Positions 63,263-64,000 of a stretch of DNA of 64,000 nt are shown piece by piece. The stretch is from Mobula hypostoma (Eukaryota), in the NCBI RefSeq assembly GCF_963921235.1, contig NC_086107.1, positions 97,900,001-97,964,000 of the forward strand. The letters run 5' to 3'. The position numbers were made by a program, and so were the translations under genes. The notes under the pieces were generated by a model. It was given only the letters and a program-made list of their open reading frames with translations, did no database searches and had not been told where the DNA came from. Within the stretch, counting starts at the first letter, position 1. Each line of letters opens with the position of its first letter.

Positions 63263-64000
63263 CTGAAGGCTTTGTGTGTCAATGCAAGGAGCATTCGTAA
63301 CAAGGTGGATAAATTAAAAGTGCAGATTGTTATTAATAAATATGATATAGTTGGGATCACAGAGACATGGCTCCAGGGTGACCAGGGATGGGAGCTCAAC
63401 ATTCAGGAATATTCAATATTCAGGAGGGATAGACAGGAAAGAAAAGGAGGTGGGGTGGCGTTGCTGGTTAAAGGGGAGATTAACGCAATAGAAAGAAAGG
63501 ACATTAGCCCGGAGGATGTGGAATCAATATGGGTAGAGCTGCATAACACTGAGGGGCAGAAAGCACTGGTGGGAGTTGTGTACAGGCCACCTAACAGTAG
63601 TAGTGAGGTTGGGGATGGTATTAAGCAGGAAAATAGAAATGTGTGCAATAAAGGAACAGCAGTTATAATGGGTGACTTCTATCTACATATAGATTGGGTG
63701 AACCAAATTGGTAAGGGTGCTGAGGAAGAAGGTTTCTTGGAATGTATGCAGGATGGTTTTTTGAACCAACATGTCGAGGAAGCAACTAGAGAGCAGGCTA
63801 TTCTAGACTGGGTATTCAGCAATGAGGAAGGGTTAATTAGCAACGTTGCCCTGAGAGGCCCCTTCGGTAAGAGTGACCAAAATATAGTGGAATTCTTCAT
63901 TAAGATGGAGAGTGACATAGTTAATTCAGAAACAAAGGTTCTGAACTTAAAGAAGGGTAACTTTGAAGGTATGAGACGTGAATTAGGTAAGACAGACTGG
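63263..64000 (+). mobile_element. CR1-type LINE ORF2 APE endonuclease domain, open to window end, antisense within a DDX17 intron
   Basis: 246 uninterrupted codons: LKALCVNARSIRNK...DIVGITETWL...RRDR...GGGVALLVK...VGVVYRPP...IMGDFY...ILDWVFSN...GKSDQ. Confidence 0.92.

Overview
Vertebrate genomic DNA. The repeat landscape (CR1-type and Rex1/Babar LINEs, V-SINEs, abundant Penelope-like elements) suggests a cartilaginous fish, probably a ray; this is inference. Three protein-coding genes can be reconstructed with GT-AG introns and consistent phases. (1) The last nine coding exons of SGSM3 (SH3 and RUN domains, + strand, 1438-29433). (2) A complete five-exon, 214-aa KDELR3 (+ strand, 45209-56824), with a CpG-rich promoter carrying a UPRE-type TGACGTGG site. 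(3) The terminal exon and long 3'UTR of DDX17 (- strand, CDS 61124-61770), tail-to-tail with KDELR3. Most remaining sequence is decayed transposon DNA and minisatellites. The most notable hidden structure is about 20 copies of a minimal type I hammerhead ribozyme motif (AGTC-CTGANGA-stem II-GAAAC-GTC-GACT) carried by Penelope-like element 3' ends. A few have intact cores, two lie on the sense strand of introns, and several sit at the axis of small fold-back elements. Coordinates were counted by hand: exon boundaries were frame-checked, repeat boundaries are approximate, and human comparisons are from memory. Almost all ORF-track entries are spurious.
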